This document shows, piece after piece, positions 34,877 to 44,345 of a stretch of 64,000 nt of DNA. The DNA is from an uncultured Bacteroidales bacterium. GTDB lineage: Bacteria; Bacteroidota; Bacteroidia; Bacteroidales; UBA932. The notes beneath the pieces were generated by a model. That model made no database searches and was not told the origin of the DNA. It saw only the letters and a list, made by a program, of their open reading frames with translations. The number at the start of each line of letters is the position of its first letter. The first letter of the stretch is position 1. Where the stretch lies: the NCBI GenBank assembly GCA_900318015.1, contig ONJB01000006.1, positions 9,658 to 73,657 of the forward strand, written 5' to 3'. The position numbers and the translations under genes are program-made.

Positions 34877-37152
34877 AAAAGACCCTGATCCTCCTGGCTT
34901 TCCTCGCCGCGGCCTGCACGGCCCCGGTCCGCGAAACCCTCGTCTCCGACCCGGCGGACTACGTTTCCACCCTGGTGGGCTCCCAGTCCGATTTCACCCT
35001 TTCCACGGGCAATACCTATCCGGCCATCGCCCTCCCCTGGGGCATGAACTTCTGGACCCCGCAGACGGGAAAGAACGGGGACGGATGGGCCTATACCTAC
35101 GACGCGCACCACATCCGCGGTTTCAAGCAGACGCACCAGCCCTCGCCGTGGATCAACGACTATGCGGCCTTCTCGCTGATGCCGGTGCGCGACGCCGAGA
35201 AGCCGCAGGAGAAGGAGCGGGAGAGCATCTTCTCCCACCTGAGCGAGGTTGCAAAGCCTTATTATTACAGCGTTTACCTCGCCGACCACGACATCAAGAC
35301 GGAAATCACCCCGACCGAACGGGCGGCGATCATGCGGTTCACCTTCCCGGACAGCGAGACTTCCGGCGTGGTCATCGACGCCTACTCCGGCGGTTCCTAT
35401 GTGAAAGTGCTGAATGACAAGCGCACGGTCGTGGGCTACTGCACCAACAATCACGGCGGCGTGGAAGGCGACTTCAAGAACTGGTTCACCGTCCTGTTCG
35501 ACAAGGACATCGTCTCCTTCGACATCTACAACGGCGAAGCGCTGGAGTATCCCGAGGACCGTCCCCGGGAGCATGCCATGGCCGTCGTGAAGTTCGCAAC
35601 CCGGCGCGGCGAACAGGTCAACGCCCGCGTGGCCTCCTCCTTCATCTCGCTGGAGCAGGCCAACCGCAACCTCCGCGAGGTGGAAGGCGCTTCCTTCGAG
35701 GAGGTCTGCGCCGACGCAAAGGCCCGCTGGAACGAGATCCTGGGCCGTATCGCCGTCGGCGGCGGCACCGAGGACCAGTACCGCACCTTCTACTCCTGCC
35801 TGTACCGCGCCGTCCTCTTCCCCCGAAAACTGTATGAAATCGACGCGAACGGCGAGCCCGTCCACTACAGCCCCTACAACGGGAAAGTCGAGAAAGGCTA
35901 CCTGTACACCGATTCCGGCTTCTGGGACACCTTCCGCGCCCTGTTCCCGCTGCTGAACCTGGTCTATCCCGACGTGAATGCGGAAATCCAGTCCGGCTAC
36001 GCCAACGTCGCCCGCGAGAACGAGTTCCTGCCTGAATGGGCCTCCCCGGGCCACCGCAACTGCATGGTGGGCAACAATTCCGCCTCGGTCGTGGCCGACG
36101 CCGTCGTCAAGGGCGTGAACAAGGAAAGACTGCAGGAACTGTACGACTGCATCCAGTACGGTACGGAGCACGTCCATCCTTCCGTCCGCTCCACCGGCCG
36201 CCTGGGCCACGAGTATTACAACACGCTGGGCTATGTCCCTTGCGACGTGGGCATCAACGAAAGCGCCGCCCGCACCCTGGAGTATGCCTATGACGACTGG
36301 TGCATCCTCCAGCTCGCGAAGATCCTGGGCCGTCCGCAGGCGGAACTGGACAAGTGGGCCGCCCGCGCCAACAACTGGAAGAACGTCTATAGCGCGGAGG
36401 ACCGCCTGATGCGCGGCCGCAACGCCGACGGCACCTTCCAGGCCGATTTCAGCCCCTACCGCTGGGGCGGTCCCTTCACCGAGGGCAACTCCTGGCACTA
36501 TACCTGGTCGGTCTTCCACGATGTCCAGGGCCTGGTCGATGCCATGGGCGGCGAGGAATCCTTCGCCCAGATGCTGGACTCCGTCTTCGTGGTCCCGCCC
36601 ATCTATGACGACGCCTACTACGGCTTCCGCATCCACGAAATCGCGGAGATGCAGGTGGCCGACATGGGCAATTACGCCCACGGAAACCAGCCCGCACAGC
36701 ACATGCTGTACCTCTACGACTGGGCCGGACAGCCTTGGAAGGGCCAGCTGCACATCCGCGAGACCATGGACCGCCTGTACCGCGCCACGCCGGACGGCTA
36801 CTGCGGCGACGAGGACAACGGCCAGACCTCGGCCTGGTACATCTTCTCCGCCCTGGGCTTCTATCCGGTATGCCCCGCAAGCACGCAATACGCGCTGGGA
36901 ACGCCGTTGTTCAAGAAAGCGATGGTGACGCGCCCGGACGGCACGAAGTTCACCATCGACGCTCCCGAAAACAGCGCCGAGGCCTTCTACGTGCAGTCCC
37001 TGAAGCTCAACGGCAAGAACTGGACGCACAATTACGTCGAATACGGCGACCTGGTGAAGGGCGCCTCGCTGCAGTTCGGGATGGGCACCGCGCCCGCCAC
37101 GGACCGCGGCACGAAGCAGGAAGACAAACCTTACTCTTTCAGTCAAGAATAA
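34873..37152 (+). CDS. GH92 alpha-mannosidase lipoprotein
   Basis: Lipobox LAAAC; STGNTYP, HQPSPWINDY, GFWDTFRA, ARTLEYAYDD, EGNSWHY and GDEDNGQTSAW. Confidence 0.93.
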   Translation: MKKTLILLAFLAAACTAPVRETLVSDPADYVSTLVGSQSDFTLSTGNTYPAIALPWGMNFWTPQTGKNGDGWAYTYDAHHIRGFKQTHQPSPWINDYAAFSLMPVRDAEKPQEKERESIFSHLSEVAKPYYYSVYLADHDIKTEITPTERAAIMRFTFPDSETSGVVIDAYSGGSYVKVLNDKRTVVGYCTNNHGGVEGDFKNWFTVLFDKDIVSFDIYNGEALEYPEDRPREHAMAVVKFATRRGEQVNARVASSFISLEQANRNLREVEGASFEEVCADAKARWNEILGRIAVGGGTEDQYRTFYSCLYRAVLFPRKLYEIDANGEPVHYSPYNGKVEKGYLYTDSGFWDTFRALFPLLNLVYPDVNAEIQSGYANVARENEFLPEWASPGHRNCMVGNNSASVVADAVVKGVNKERLQELYDCIQYGTEHVHPSVRSTGRLGHEYYNTLGYVPCDVGINESAARTLEYAYDDWCILQLAKILGRPQAELDKWAARANNWKNVYSAEDRLMRGRNADGTFQADFSPYRWGGPFTEGNSWHYTWSVFHDVQGLVDAMGGEESFAQMLDSVFVVPPIYDDAYYGFRIHEIAEMQVADMGNYAHGNQPAQHMLYLYDWAGQPWKGQLHIRETMDRLYRATPDGYCGDEDNGQTSAWYIFSALGFYPVCPASTQYALGTPLFKKAMVTRPDGTKFTIDAPENSAEAFYVQSLKLNGKNWTHNYVEYGDLVKGASLQFGMGTAPATDRGTKQEDKPYSFSQE

Positions 37153-37155
37153 ACG

Positions 37156-38145
37156 ATGAAAATCTTTGGGAATCCCCTCCCGGGCATGCCCTGGGAAGAA
37201 AGGCCGGCAGGATGCAAGGACGTCCTGTGGCGCTACAGCAAGAACCCCGTGATTCCGAGAGACTTGCTCCCGGACAGCAACAGCATATTCAACAGCGCGG
37301 TGGTCCCGTTCAAGGGCGGGTTCGCCGGCGTGTTCCGCTGCGACGACAAGAACCGCCGGATGACGCTCCACGCGGGCTTCTCCAAGGACGGCATCCAATG
37401 GGACATCCGGCCGGAGACCATCAAGTTCTCCTGCGACATCCCCGAGGTCGCGGAATGGGTCTACGGATACGATCCACGCGTCGTGGAGATCGACGGCCGT
37501 TACTATGTGACCTGGTGCAACGGGTACCATGGGCCGACCATCGGCGTGGCCTGGACCGACGATTTCGAGACCTTCCACCAGGTGGAGAACGCTTTCCTGC
37601 CGTACAATCGAAACGGTGTCCTGTTCCCGAAGAAGATCGACGGCCGGTTCGCGATGCTGTCCCGTCCGTCCGACACCGGTCACACGGCCTTCGGCGACAT
37701 CTTCTACAGCGAATCCCCCGACCTGGAGTTCTGGGGGCACCATCGGCACGTGATGGCGCCGGCCCCCTTCGAGGTGAGCGCCTGGCAGTGCATGAAGATC
37801 GGCGCGGGCCCGGTGCCCATCGAGACTTCCGAAGGCTGGCTCCTCCTCTACCACGGCGTCCTCCGCTCCTGCAACGGCTATGTCTATGCGTTCGGCAGTG
37901 CCCTGCTGGACCTCGAGAAGCCCTGGAAGGTCCTCGCCCGCAGCGGCCAGTACCTCATCAGCCCGCGCGAGTACTATGAGCTCGTAGGAGACGTGCCCAG
38001 CGTCACCTTCCCTTGCGCCGCCCTGCATGACCCGGAAACCGGTCGCATCGCCGTGTACTACGGCTGCGCCGACACCGTCACCGGCCTCGCCTTCGGCTAC
38101 ATCCCGGAGATTGTCGAGTTCACCAAACGCACGAACATCCTGTAG
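37156..38145 (+). CDS. GH130 beta-mannoside phosphorylase (beta-1,4-mannosyl-GlcNAc phosphorylase-like)
   Basis: [55 protein letters not shown] and GDVPSVTFP; no signal peptide. Confidence 0.9.
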   Translation: MKIFGNPLPGMPWEERPAGCKDVLWRYSKNPVIPRDLLPDSNSIFNSAVVPFKGGFAGVFRCDDKNRRMTLHAGFSKDGIQWDIRPETIKFSCDIPEVAEWVYGYDPRVVEIDGRYYVTWCNGYHGPTIGVAWTDDFETFHQVENAFLPYNRNGVLFPKKIDGRFAMLSRPSDTGHTAFGDIFYSESPDLEFWGHHRHVMAPAPFEVSAWQCMKIGAGPVPIETSEGWLLLYHGVLRSCNGYVYAFGSALLDLEKPWKVLARSGQYLISPREYYELVGDVPSVTFPCAALHDPETGRIAVYYGCADTVTGLAFGYIPEIVEFTKRTNIL

Positions 38146-39894
38146 ATGCTGACCGTCCTGCTCGCTCTCGCCCTCCAAGCCCTGCCGCTGCCCCGGATGG
38201 TGGACATCCCGGCGGGGACGTTCTGGATGGGTACGGACAACCCGTCCATGGAGGACTGGGACGAGGCGCCGCGGCGGGAGGTGAAGGTCGATGCGTTCCG
38301 GATGAGCGCGACGGAGATTACGAACGCCCAATACGAGGCGTTCGACCCGACGCATAAGCGAGGCGAGCAGGGGTTTTCCACCGGAGACGACGAGGCGGTA
38401 ATCATGGTGTCGTGGGACGATGCCATGGCCTACTGCCGATGGCTCTCCGAACAGACTGGTAAGCACTATCGCCTCCCCACCGAGGAGGAATGGGAGTATG
38501 CCTGCCGGGCGGGAACGACCACGGATTATAACACAGGCGACACCTTCCCGGAAAGCCAGTGGAAGGTGCAGAAAAACACTCGCGACAAGGAGCTCATCTC
38601 CCTGCAAGTGGCTCAGTTTGAGCCCAATGCGTGGGGGTTGTATGACATGCATGGGAATGTGGAGGAGTGGTGTGCGGACTATTATGGCGACACGGAATTC
38701 CGCGTCGTCCGCGGGGGCAGCCACAACACCCCGGTGCGGTATCTCCGGAGCGCCAACCGGTCCGCCAGCGTCCAGTCCGACCGGTCCGTCCTGCTCGGAT
38801 TCCGGGTCGTCGAGAGCCCGAGTGCATTGTGGCATACCCGCGACGGAGCCCTCCGCTCCGGCACTCCCTATCGTTGGAAGCGTATCCGTCGCAAGCCCGT
38901 CTTCCTGGAGCCCATTCCCTACGTCCTGGAGCCGACAGGCCACACGCCGTTCTATGCCCATAACCACCAGCCTGCCCTGACATGGACCCAGCACGGCGAG
39001 CTGCTGGCCATCTGGTTCTCCACGGACGCCGAGGCAGGGCGCGAGATGGTGGTTCTGAAGTCTCTGTTCAAGAACGGCCAATGGACACCGGCGGAACTGT
39101 TTTACAAAGTTCCGGATCGGAACATGACCGGGAGCGCACTCCTCACCCTGGAGGATGGACGGATGTTTCACTTACAAGGCATCGGCGATGCCGGCGAGTG
39201 GAAGGATCTCGCGCTCGGCCTGCGGGAGAGCACGGATGGGGGTTGGCATTGGTCCTCTACCGAACTCATCGAACCCGAACACCGCGTCCGCCACCAGGTC
39301 ATCGCCGGACCCATCGTCACGAAGGACGGACGCATCCTGCTGTGCTGCGACGCCGGGCCGGATGGGGAGGCAGGGACTTCGCTCCATGTCTCCAAAGACG
39401 GCGGCCAGACCTGGGAGGACACCGGCAGCACCATTGCCGGCATCCATGCGGGCATCGTGGAGCGCAAGGACGGCTCCCTGATGGCCTTCGGGCGGGGCAA
39501 TGCCATCGACGGTCACATGCCCTGCAGCATTTCCTATGACGGCGGGTACACATGGACCTACAGTGCCACGGAGTTCCCGCCCATCGGCAGTGGCCAGCGG
39601 CTGGTGCTCAAGCGGTTGCAGGAGGGGCCGATCATGCTGTGCTCCTTCGGTGAAAACGGCCTGTTCGTAGCCCTCAGTTATGATGAAGGCGCCACCTGGC
39701 CCGTGAAGAAGCTCCTTACCGACGGCAAGACGCGGGTCCTGGACGGCGGCGCCTGGACCGGCACTTTCACGATGGACGCCACCCACGCCGAGCCCAAGGG
39801 CTACCTCGCCTGCACCCAATCCCCCGACGGCATGATCCACCTCCTCTCCAGCCGCGTCCACTACCGGTTCAACCTCCGCTGGATTGAAAAATGA
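38146..39894 (+). CDS. FGE-sulfatase (SUMF1-like) domain fused to a BNR/Asp-box beta-propeller
   Basis: GTFWMG, TEITNAQY, VSWDDAMAYC, RLPTEEEWEYACRAG, LYDMHGNVEEW, RGGS, GFRVV; four Asp-boxes (STDGGWHW, SKDGGQTW, SYDGGYTW, SYDEGATW). Confidence 0.85.
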   Translation: MLTVLLALALQALPLPRMVDIPAGTFWMGTDNPSMEDWDEAPRREVKVDAFRMSATEITNAQYEAFDPTHKRGEQGFSTGDDEAVIMVSWDDAMAYCRWLSEQTGKHYRLPTEEEWEYACRAGTTTDYNTGDTFPESQWKVQKNTRDKELISLQVAQFEPNAWGLYDMHGNVEEWCADYYGDTEFRVVRGGSHNTPVRYLRSANRSASVQSDRSVLLGFRVVESPSALWHTRDGALRSGTPYRWKRIRRKPVFLEPIPYVLEPTGHTPFYAHNHQPALTWTQHGELLAIWFSTDAEAGREMVVLKSLFKNGQWTPAELFYKVPDRNMTGSALLTLEDGRMFHLQGIGDAGEWKDLALGLRESTDGGWHWSSTELIEPEHRVRHQVIAGPIVTKDGRILLCCDAGPDGEAGTSLHVSKDGGQTWEDTGSTIAGIHAGIVERKDGSLMAFGRGNAIDGHMPCSISYDGGYTWTYSATEFPPIGSGQRLVLKRLQEGPIMLCSFGENGLFVALSYDEGATWPVKKLLTDGKTRVLDGGAWTGTFTMDATHAEPKGYLACTQSPDGMIHLLSSRVHYRFNLRWIEK

Positions 39895-39932
39895 CAAATA
39901 ATCCGTATATTTACGAGATAAACCACATCGAA

Positions 39933-42134
39933 ATGAAATTCCGCACTTTCTTCCTGGCTGCCGCCGCCACCCTCCTGGCGGCGTGCAACACGACCGCCCC
40001 GACCGAAGACTACGCCGCCTTCGTGAACCCGAAGATCGGGACGGGCGGCCACGGCCACGTGTTCGTGGGCGCCAACGTGCCCTTCGGCCTCGTGCAGCTG
40101 GGCCCGACCAGCATCCCGCAGGAATGGGACTGGTGCTCCGGCTACCATGACAGCGACCGCACCGTGATCGGCTTCAGCCACACGCACCTCAGCGGCACCG
40201 GCATCGGCGACCTGTTCGACGTCACGGTGATGCCCGTCACCGGCGAAGTCACCCCGGGCCGCGGCAGTGAAGACCATCCCGAAACCGGCGCCTGGTCCTA
40301 TGCCGACCGCACGAAGGAAGTCACCGAACCCGGCTACTACAGCGTCCCCCTGGAGCGCTACGGCATCACGGCGGAGATGACCGCCACCACCCGCGTGGGC
40401 TTCCACCGCTACACTTTCCCGGCCTCCGAGGACGCCGCCCTGGTGTTCGACCTGCAGAACGGCGGTTGCTGGGACAGCGTCTATGACGCCGATTTCGAGG
40501 TCGTGAAGGACGAAAACGGCAAGGTGAAGGCTTTCGGCGGATACCGGTTCTCCACGGGATGGGCCCGGAATCAGAAGGTGTTCTTCTGGGCCGAGGTCTC
40601 CCGCCCCGCCACCGGGTTTGACACCGTCGTCCTGGAGCGTTCCCGCGTCCAGAAACCCCTCTACGGGCACTTCAACCTGGGCAAGACCACGGAGGGCGAA
40701 CAGGTGCTCCTGAAGGTCGCCCTCTCCCCCGTTTCCATCGAGGGCGCCAAGGCCAACATGGCCACGGAACTCCCGGGCTGGGACTTCGAGACCACGAAAG
40801 CCGCCGCACGCCAGGCCTGGAACGACGAGCTGTCCAAGGTCGACGCCACTTTCAGCGATTCCGACACCAAGACCGTCTTCTACACCGCGATGTACCACAC
40901 GATGGTCGCCCCGTCCGTCTTCGATGACGTGGACGGCCAGTACCGCGGTTCTGACGATGTCGTCCGCAAGGGCAACTTCCGGAATTACACCACCTTCTCC
41001 CTCTGGGACACCTACCGCGCTCAGATGCCGCTGATGACCCTCCTCCATGCGGACCGCTGCAACGACATCACCGCCACTTTCTACCACATCTACGAGCAGC
41101 AGGGCGACCTGCCGGTATGGCACCTGATGGGCAATGAGACCGACTGCATGGTGGGCAACCCGGGCCTCATCGCCTTCGCCGACAACATCGTCAAGGGTTT
41201 CCAGGCCGGCCTCACCAAGGAACAGATGATCACCGCGATGACCAACACCGCCACCCGGCCTGACCGCGGTCAGAATTTCCGGATGGAATACGGATACATC
41301 CCGGCCGACCTCTATGCCGAATCCGTGGCCAACGACATGGAATACGCCGTCGCGGACGGCGCCCTGGCGAATGCCGCCGAGTTCCTCGGCGACAAGGCCA
41401 CCGCCATCGTCTACCGCGACCGCAGCCACTCCTACCGCCATTTCTGGGATCCGGACCTGCAGTTCATGCGTGGCCGCAAGGTCGATGGTTCATTCACGGA
41501 GCCCTTCGACCCGATCTACTCCCGTCACGAGACTTCCGACTACACCGAGGGCACCGGCTGGCAGTACATCTGGCTCGTCCCGCAGGACGTCCAGGGCCTG
41601 CAGGACCTGTTCGGCTCCCGCGAGGCGATGCTTGCGAAGCTGGACGGCCTGTTCGAGGCGCCGGACCACGTGGAAGGCGAGAACGCCTCCCCGGACATCT
41701 CCGGCCTGATCGGCCAGTACGCCCACGGCAATGAGCCCGGACATCACACCATCTACCTGTATTCGATGCTGGGCGAGCCCGACAAGGCTGCGGACCGTCT
41801 CCGTCAGGTATACAAGGAGATGTATTTCAACGACGTGGAAGGCCTTGCCGGCAATGAGGACGTGGGCCAGATGAGCGCCTGGTACGTCCTGTCCAGCTTC
41901 GGGTTCTACCAGGTGGAACCGGCCTGCCCGCGCTTCTGGTTCGGTGCACCGAACCTGGAGAAAGCCGTCCTGAAGGTCGCCGGCGGCACCTTCACCATCA
42001 CCGCCAAGGGCCTCTCCGAGGAGAACCGCTACATCCGCGGCATCAAACTGAACGGCCAGCCTTACGACCTTCCGTACATCGAGTACAAGGACATCGTCAA
42101 GGGCGGAACACTTGAATTTACAATGGGAAAATAA
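39933..42134 (+). CDS. GH92 alpha-mannosidase lipoprotein
   Basis: Start reassigned to MKFRTFF; lipobox LLAAC; FVNPKIGTGGHGH, HTHLSGTG, FSLWDTYRA, YAHGNEP and GNEDVGQMSAW. Confidence 0.93.
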   Translation: MKFRTFFLAAAATLLAACNTTAPTEDYAAFVNPKIGTGGHGHVFVGANVPFGLVQLGPTSIPQEWDWCSGYHDSDRTVIGFSHTHLSGTGIGDLFDVTVMPVTGEVTPGRGSEDHPETGAWSYADRTKEVTEPGYYSVPLERYGITAEMTATTRVGFHRYTFPASEDAALVFDLQNGGCWDSVYDADFEVVKDENGKVKAFGGYRFSTGWARNQKVFFWAEVSRPATGFDTVVLERSRVQKPLYGHFNLGKTTEGEQVLLKVALSPVSIEGAKANMATELPGWDFETTKAAARQAWNDELSKVDATFSDSDTKTVFYTAMYHTMVAPSVFDDVDGQYRGSDDVVRKGNFRNYTTFSLWDTYRAQMPLMTLLHADRCNDITATFYHIYEQQGDLPVWHLMGNETDCMVGNPGLIAFADNIVKGFQAGLTKEQMITAMTNTATRPDRGQNFRMEYGYIPADLYAESVANDMEYAVADGALANAAEFLGDKATAIVYRDRSHSYRHFWDPDLQFMRGRKVDGSFTEPFDPIYSRHETSDYTEGTGWQYIWLVPQDVQGLQDLFGSREAMLAKLDGLFEAPDHVEGENASPDISGLIGQYAHGNEPGHHTIYLYSMLGEPDKAADRLRQVYKEMYFNDVEGLAGNEDVGQMSAWYVLSSFGFYQVEPACPRFWFGAPNLEKAVLKVAGGTFTITAKGLSEENRYIRGIKLNGQPYDLPYIEYKDIVKGGTLEFTMGK

Positions 42135-42135
42135 T

Positions 42136-43245
42136 ATGGGAAACTACACCAACGATTCCAGGATCGTCCTTACCCTGGACGCCGGCGGCACCAACATGGT
42201 GTTCGGCGCGATGAAGGGCGAAGAATACGTGGGCGAGCCGATCACGCTCCCTGCCAATGCCAATGACCTGGACCTGTGCCTGAAGACGATGGTCGTCGGG
42301 TTCGAGTCCGTGATGAACTCCCTCGGCGGCGAAAAGCCCGTCGCCATCAGCTTCGCCTTCCCCGGCCCGGCCGACTACCCGAACGGCATCATCGGCGGTT
42401 ACCTGCCGAATTTCCCGTCCTTCCGCGACGGCGTGGCCCTCGGACCGTTCCTCCAGGAGAAGTTCGGCGTGCCCGTGTTCATCAACAACGACGGCGACCT
42501 GTACGCCTTCGGCGAGGCCCTCGGCGGCGTCCTGCCGCAGGTCAATGCGAAACTGGAGTACTACGGCAGTGCCAAGCGCTATCACAACCTCATCGGCTAT
42601 ACCTTCGGCACGGGCTTCGGCATCGGCTGCGTCATCAACGGCAAGCTGAACCGTGGCGACAACTCCTGCGTGGAGACCTACTGCCTCCCGCACAGCCGCA
42701 TCCAGGACGTCATCGTGGAGGACGGCGTCGCCGTCCGCGCCGTCAAGCGCGTCTATGCCGAAAGGTCCGGCATCAACGATCCTTCCCTCAGCCCGAAGGA
42801 CATCTACGAGATTGCCGAAGGCACGCGTCCCGGCAATCCGGAGGCCGCGCAGGCCGCCTTCGCCGAGATGGGCACCGTCGCAGGCAACGCGATGGCCATC
42901 GCAGCCCAGCTCATGGACGGTCTCATCGTCATCGGAGGCGGCATCACCGCTTCCAAGAAATACTTCATGCCGGCCCTGCTGGACGCCCTCCGCGGCACGG
43001 TCCGCACCCTGTCCGGCGACACCCTCGCCAAGGTGCAGATGAAGGTCTACAACCTGGACGACGAGGCCGAGTTCGAAGCCTTCGCCAAGGGCAGCGCCCG
43101 TGAGCTCAAGGTGTACGGCTCCGACAAGACCGTCACCTACGACCCGCAGAAACGCATCGGCGTGATGATTTCCAAGATCGGCGCCTCCAAGGCCATTTCC
43201 GTGGGCGCCTACGACTTCGCGCTGGCCCAATTAGATGCCAGATAG
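42136..43245 (+). CDS. ROK family sugar kinase (hexo-/mannokinase candidate)
   Basis: LTLDAGGTN phosphate motif, FAFPGP, INNDGD, GTGFG and IVIGGG. Confidence 0.88.
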   Translation: MGNYTNDSRIVLTLDAGGTNMVFGAMKGEEYVGEPITLPANANDLDLCLKTMVVGFESVMNSLGGEKPVAISFAFPGPADYPNGIIGGYLPNFPSFRDGVALGPFLQEKFGVPVFINNDGDLYAFGEALGGVLPQVNAKLEYYGSAKRYHNLIGYTFGTGFGIGCVINGKLNRGDNSCVETYCLPHSRIQDVIVEDGVAVRAVKRVYAERSGINDPSLSPKDIYEIAEGTRPGNPEAAQAAFAEMGTVAGNAMAIAAQLMDGLIVIGGGITASKKYFMPALLDALRGTVRTLSGDTLAKVQMKVYNLDDEAEFEAFAKGSARELKVYGSDKTVTYDPQKRIGVMISKIGASKAISVGAYDFALAQLDAR

Positions 43246-43248
43246 CCT

Positions 43249-44265
43249 ATGTATCCGCTGAAATTCGAACCCATCTTCAAGACCATCGTCTGGGGCGGCG
43301 AGAAGATCGCCCCCTACAAGGGCGTGGAAACCGAACAGGAGCACATCGGCGAAAGCTGGGAACTGTCCGGCGTGAAAGGAAACGAGTCCGTGGTCGCGAA
43401 CGGCGCCCTCAAGGGCCGCACCATCGCGGATCTCGTGAAGGAGTACAAGGGCCGTCTCGTGGGCGAGCACGTGTATGCCAACACCGGCGACGAGTTCCCG
43501 CTGCTGATCAAGTTCATCGACGCCCTCTCCGACCTGTCCGTGCAGGTCCATCCGAACGACGAGCTGGCCGCCGTGCGGCACAACGGCTCGAAGGGAAAGA
43601 CCGAGATGTGGTATGTGGTCGATGCGGAACCGGGCGCGCACCTGCTCGCCGGCATGACCGAGGAAATCACCCCTGAGGAATACGAGAAGCGCGTCGCGGA
43701 CGGCACCATCACCGAGGTGCTGGCCCGCCACGACGTGCATCCCGGCGACGTGTTCTTCCTCCCGGCCGGACGCATCCACGCCATCTGCGGCGGCTGCTTC
43801 ATCGCCGAGATCCAGCAGACTTCCGACATCACCTACCGCATCTACGACTACGGCCGCCTGGGCCTGGACGGCAAGCCGCGCCAGCTCCACACGGAGCTCG
43901 CGAAGGACGCCATCGACTACAAGGTCTATCCGGACTACCGGACGGCGTACACGCCCGCCAAGGACGCGGAGACCGAGCTCGTTTCCTGCAAGTACTTCAC
44001 CACCAGCCTCTACGAAATGGACCAGGCCGTGACGAAGAACCTGGAGGACGTCGACTCCTTCCTCGTGGTGATGTGCCTTGCCGGAAGCGGCACCCTCACG
44101 GACGCCGAGCCCATCTTTGACGCCGAAGGCCGCCGCGGCCCCACCAAGGGCCACGTCATCGACCTCCGCCAAGGCGAGACCGTCCTCGTTCCCGCCTCCT
44201 CCTCCGGCGTCACCTTCAAGCCCGCCGAGGGCGGCATGAAGGTCATCACGAGCTACATCAAGTAG
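43249..44265 (+). CDS. manA: Mannose-6-phosphate isomerase, class I
   Basis: VWGG, IGESWE, FPLLIKFIDA, LSVQVHP, KTEMW, PAGRIHA and EIQQTSDITYRIYD. Confidence 0.94.
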   Translation: MYPLKFEPIFKTIVWGGEKIAPYKGVETEQEHIGESWELSGVKGNESVVANGALKGRTIADLVKEYKGRLVGEHVYANTGDEFPLLIKFIDALSDLSVQVHPNDELAAVRHNGSKGKTEMWYVVDAEPGAHLLAGMTEEITPEEYEKRVADGTITEVLARHDVHPGDVFFLPAGRIHAICGGCFIAEIQQTSDITYRIYDYGRLGLDGKPRQLHTELAKDAIDYKVYPDYRTAYTPAKDAETELVSCKYFTTSLYEMDQAVTKNLEDVDSFLVVMCLAGSGTLTDAEPIFDAEGRRGPTKGHVIDLRQGETVLVPASSSGVTFKPAEGGMKVITSYIK

Positions 44266-44288
44266 CTGACTGACAAAACATTAAATAG

Positions 44289-44318
44289 CGAGAGGTGCAC
44301 CATCCGGTGCACCTCTCG
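44289..44318. terminator. Perfect 13-bp inverted repeat between convergent manA and M3 peptidase genes (likely bidirectional terminator)
   Basis: CGAGAGGTGCACC-ATCC-GGTGCACCTCTCG; no long U-tract on either side. Confidence 0.6.
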
Positions 44319-44345
44319 AGCGTTAAGAATCAATCTTTCAACGGT

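Noticed and set aside
34528-39171. 1547-aa minus-strand ORF, and similar long antisense ORFs (10692-13391, 18549-21872, 26807-29941, 47789-50320, 58156-61470)
   Set aside because: All overlap well-supported genes on the other strand and show shadow-type composition with no domain motifs, signal peptides or promoters.
38146-39894. Annotation as sialidase (GH33) or formylglycine-generating enzyme
   Set aside because: The RIP motif and the FGE catalytic cysteines are absent, and no sulfatase gene is in the window.
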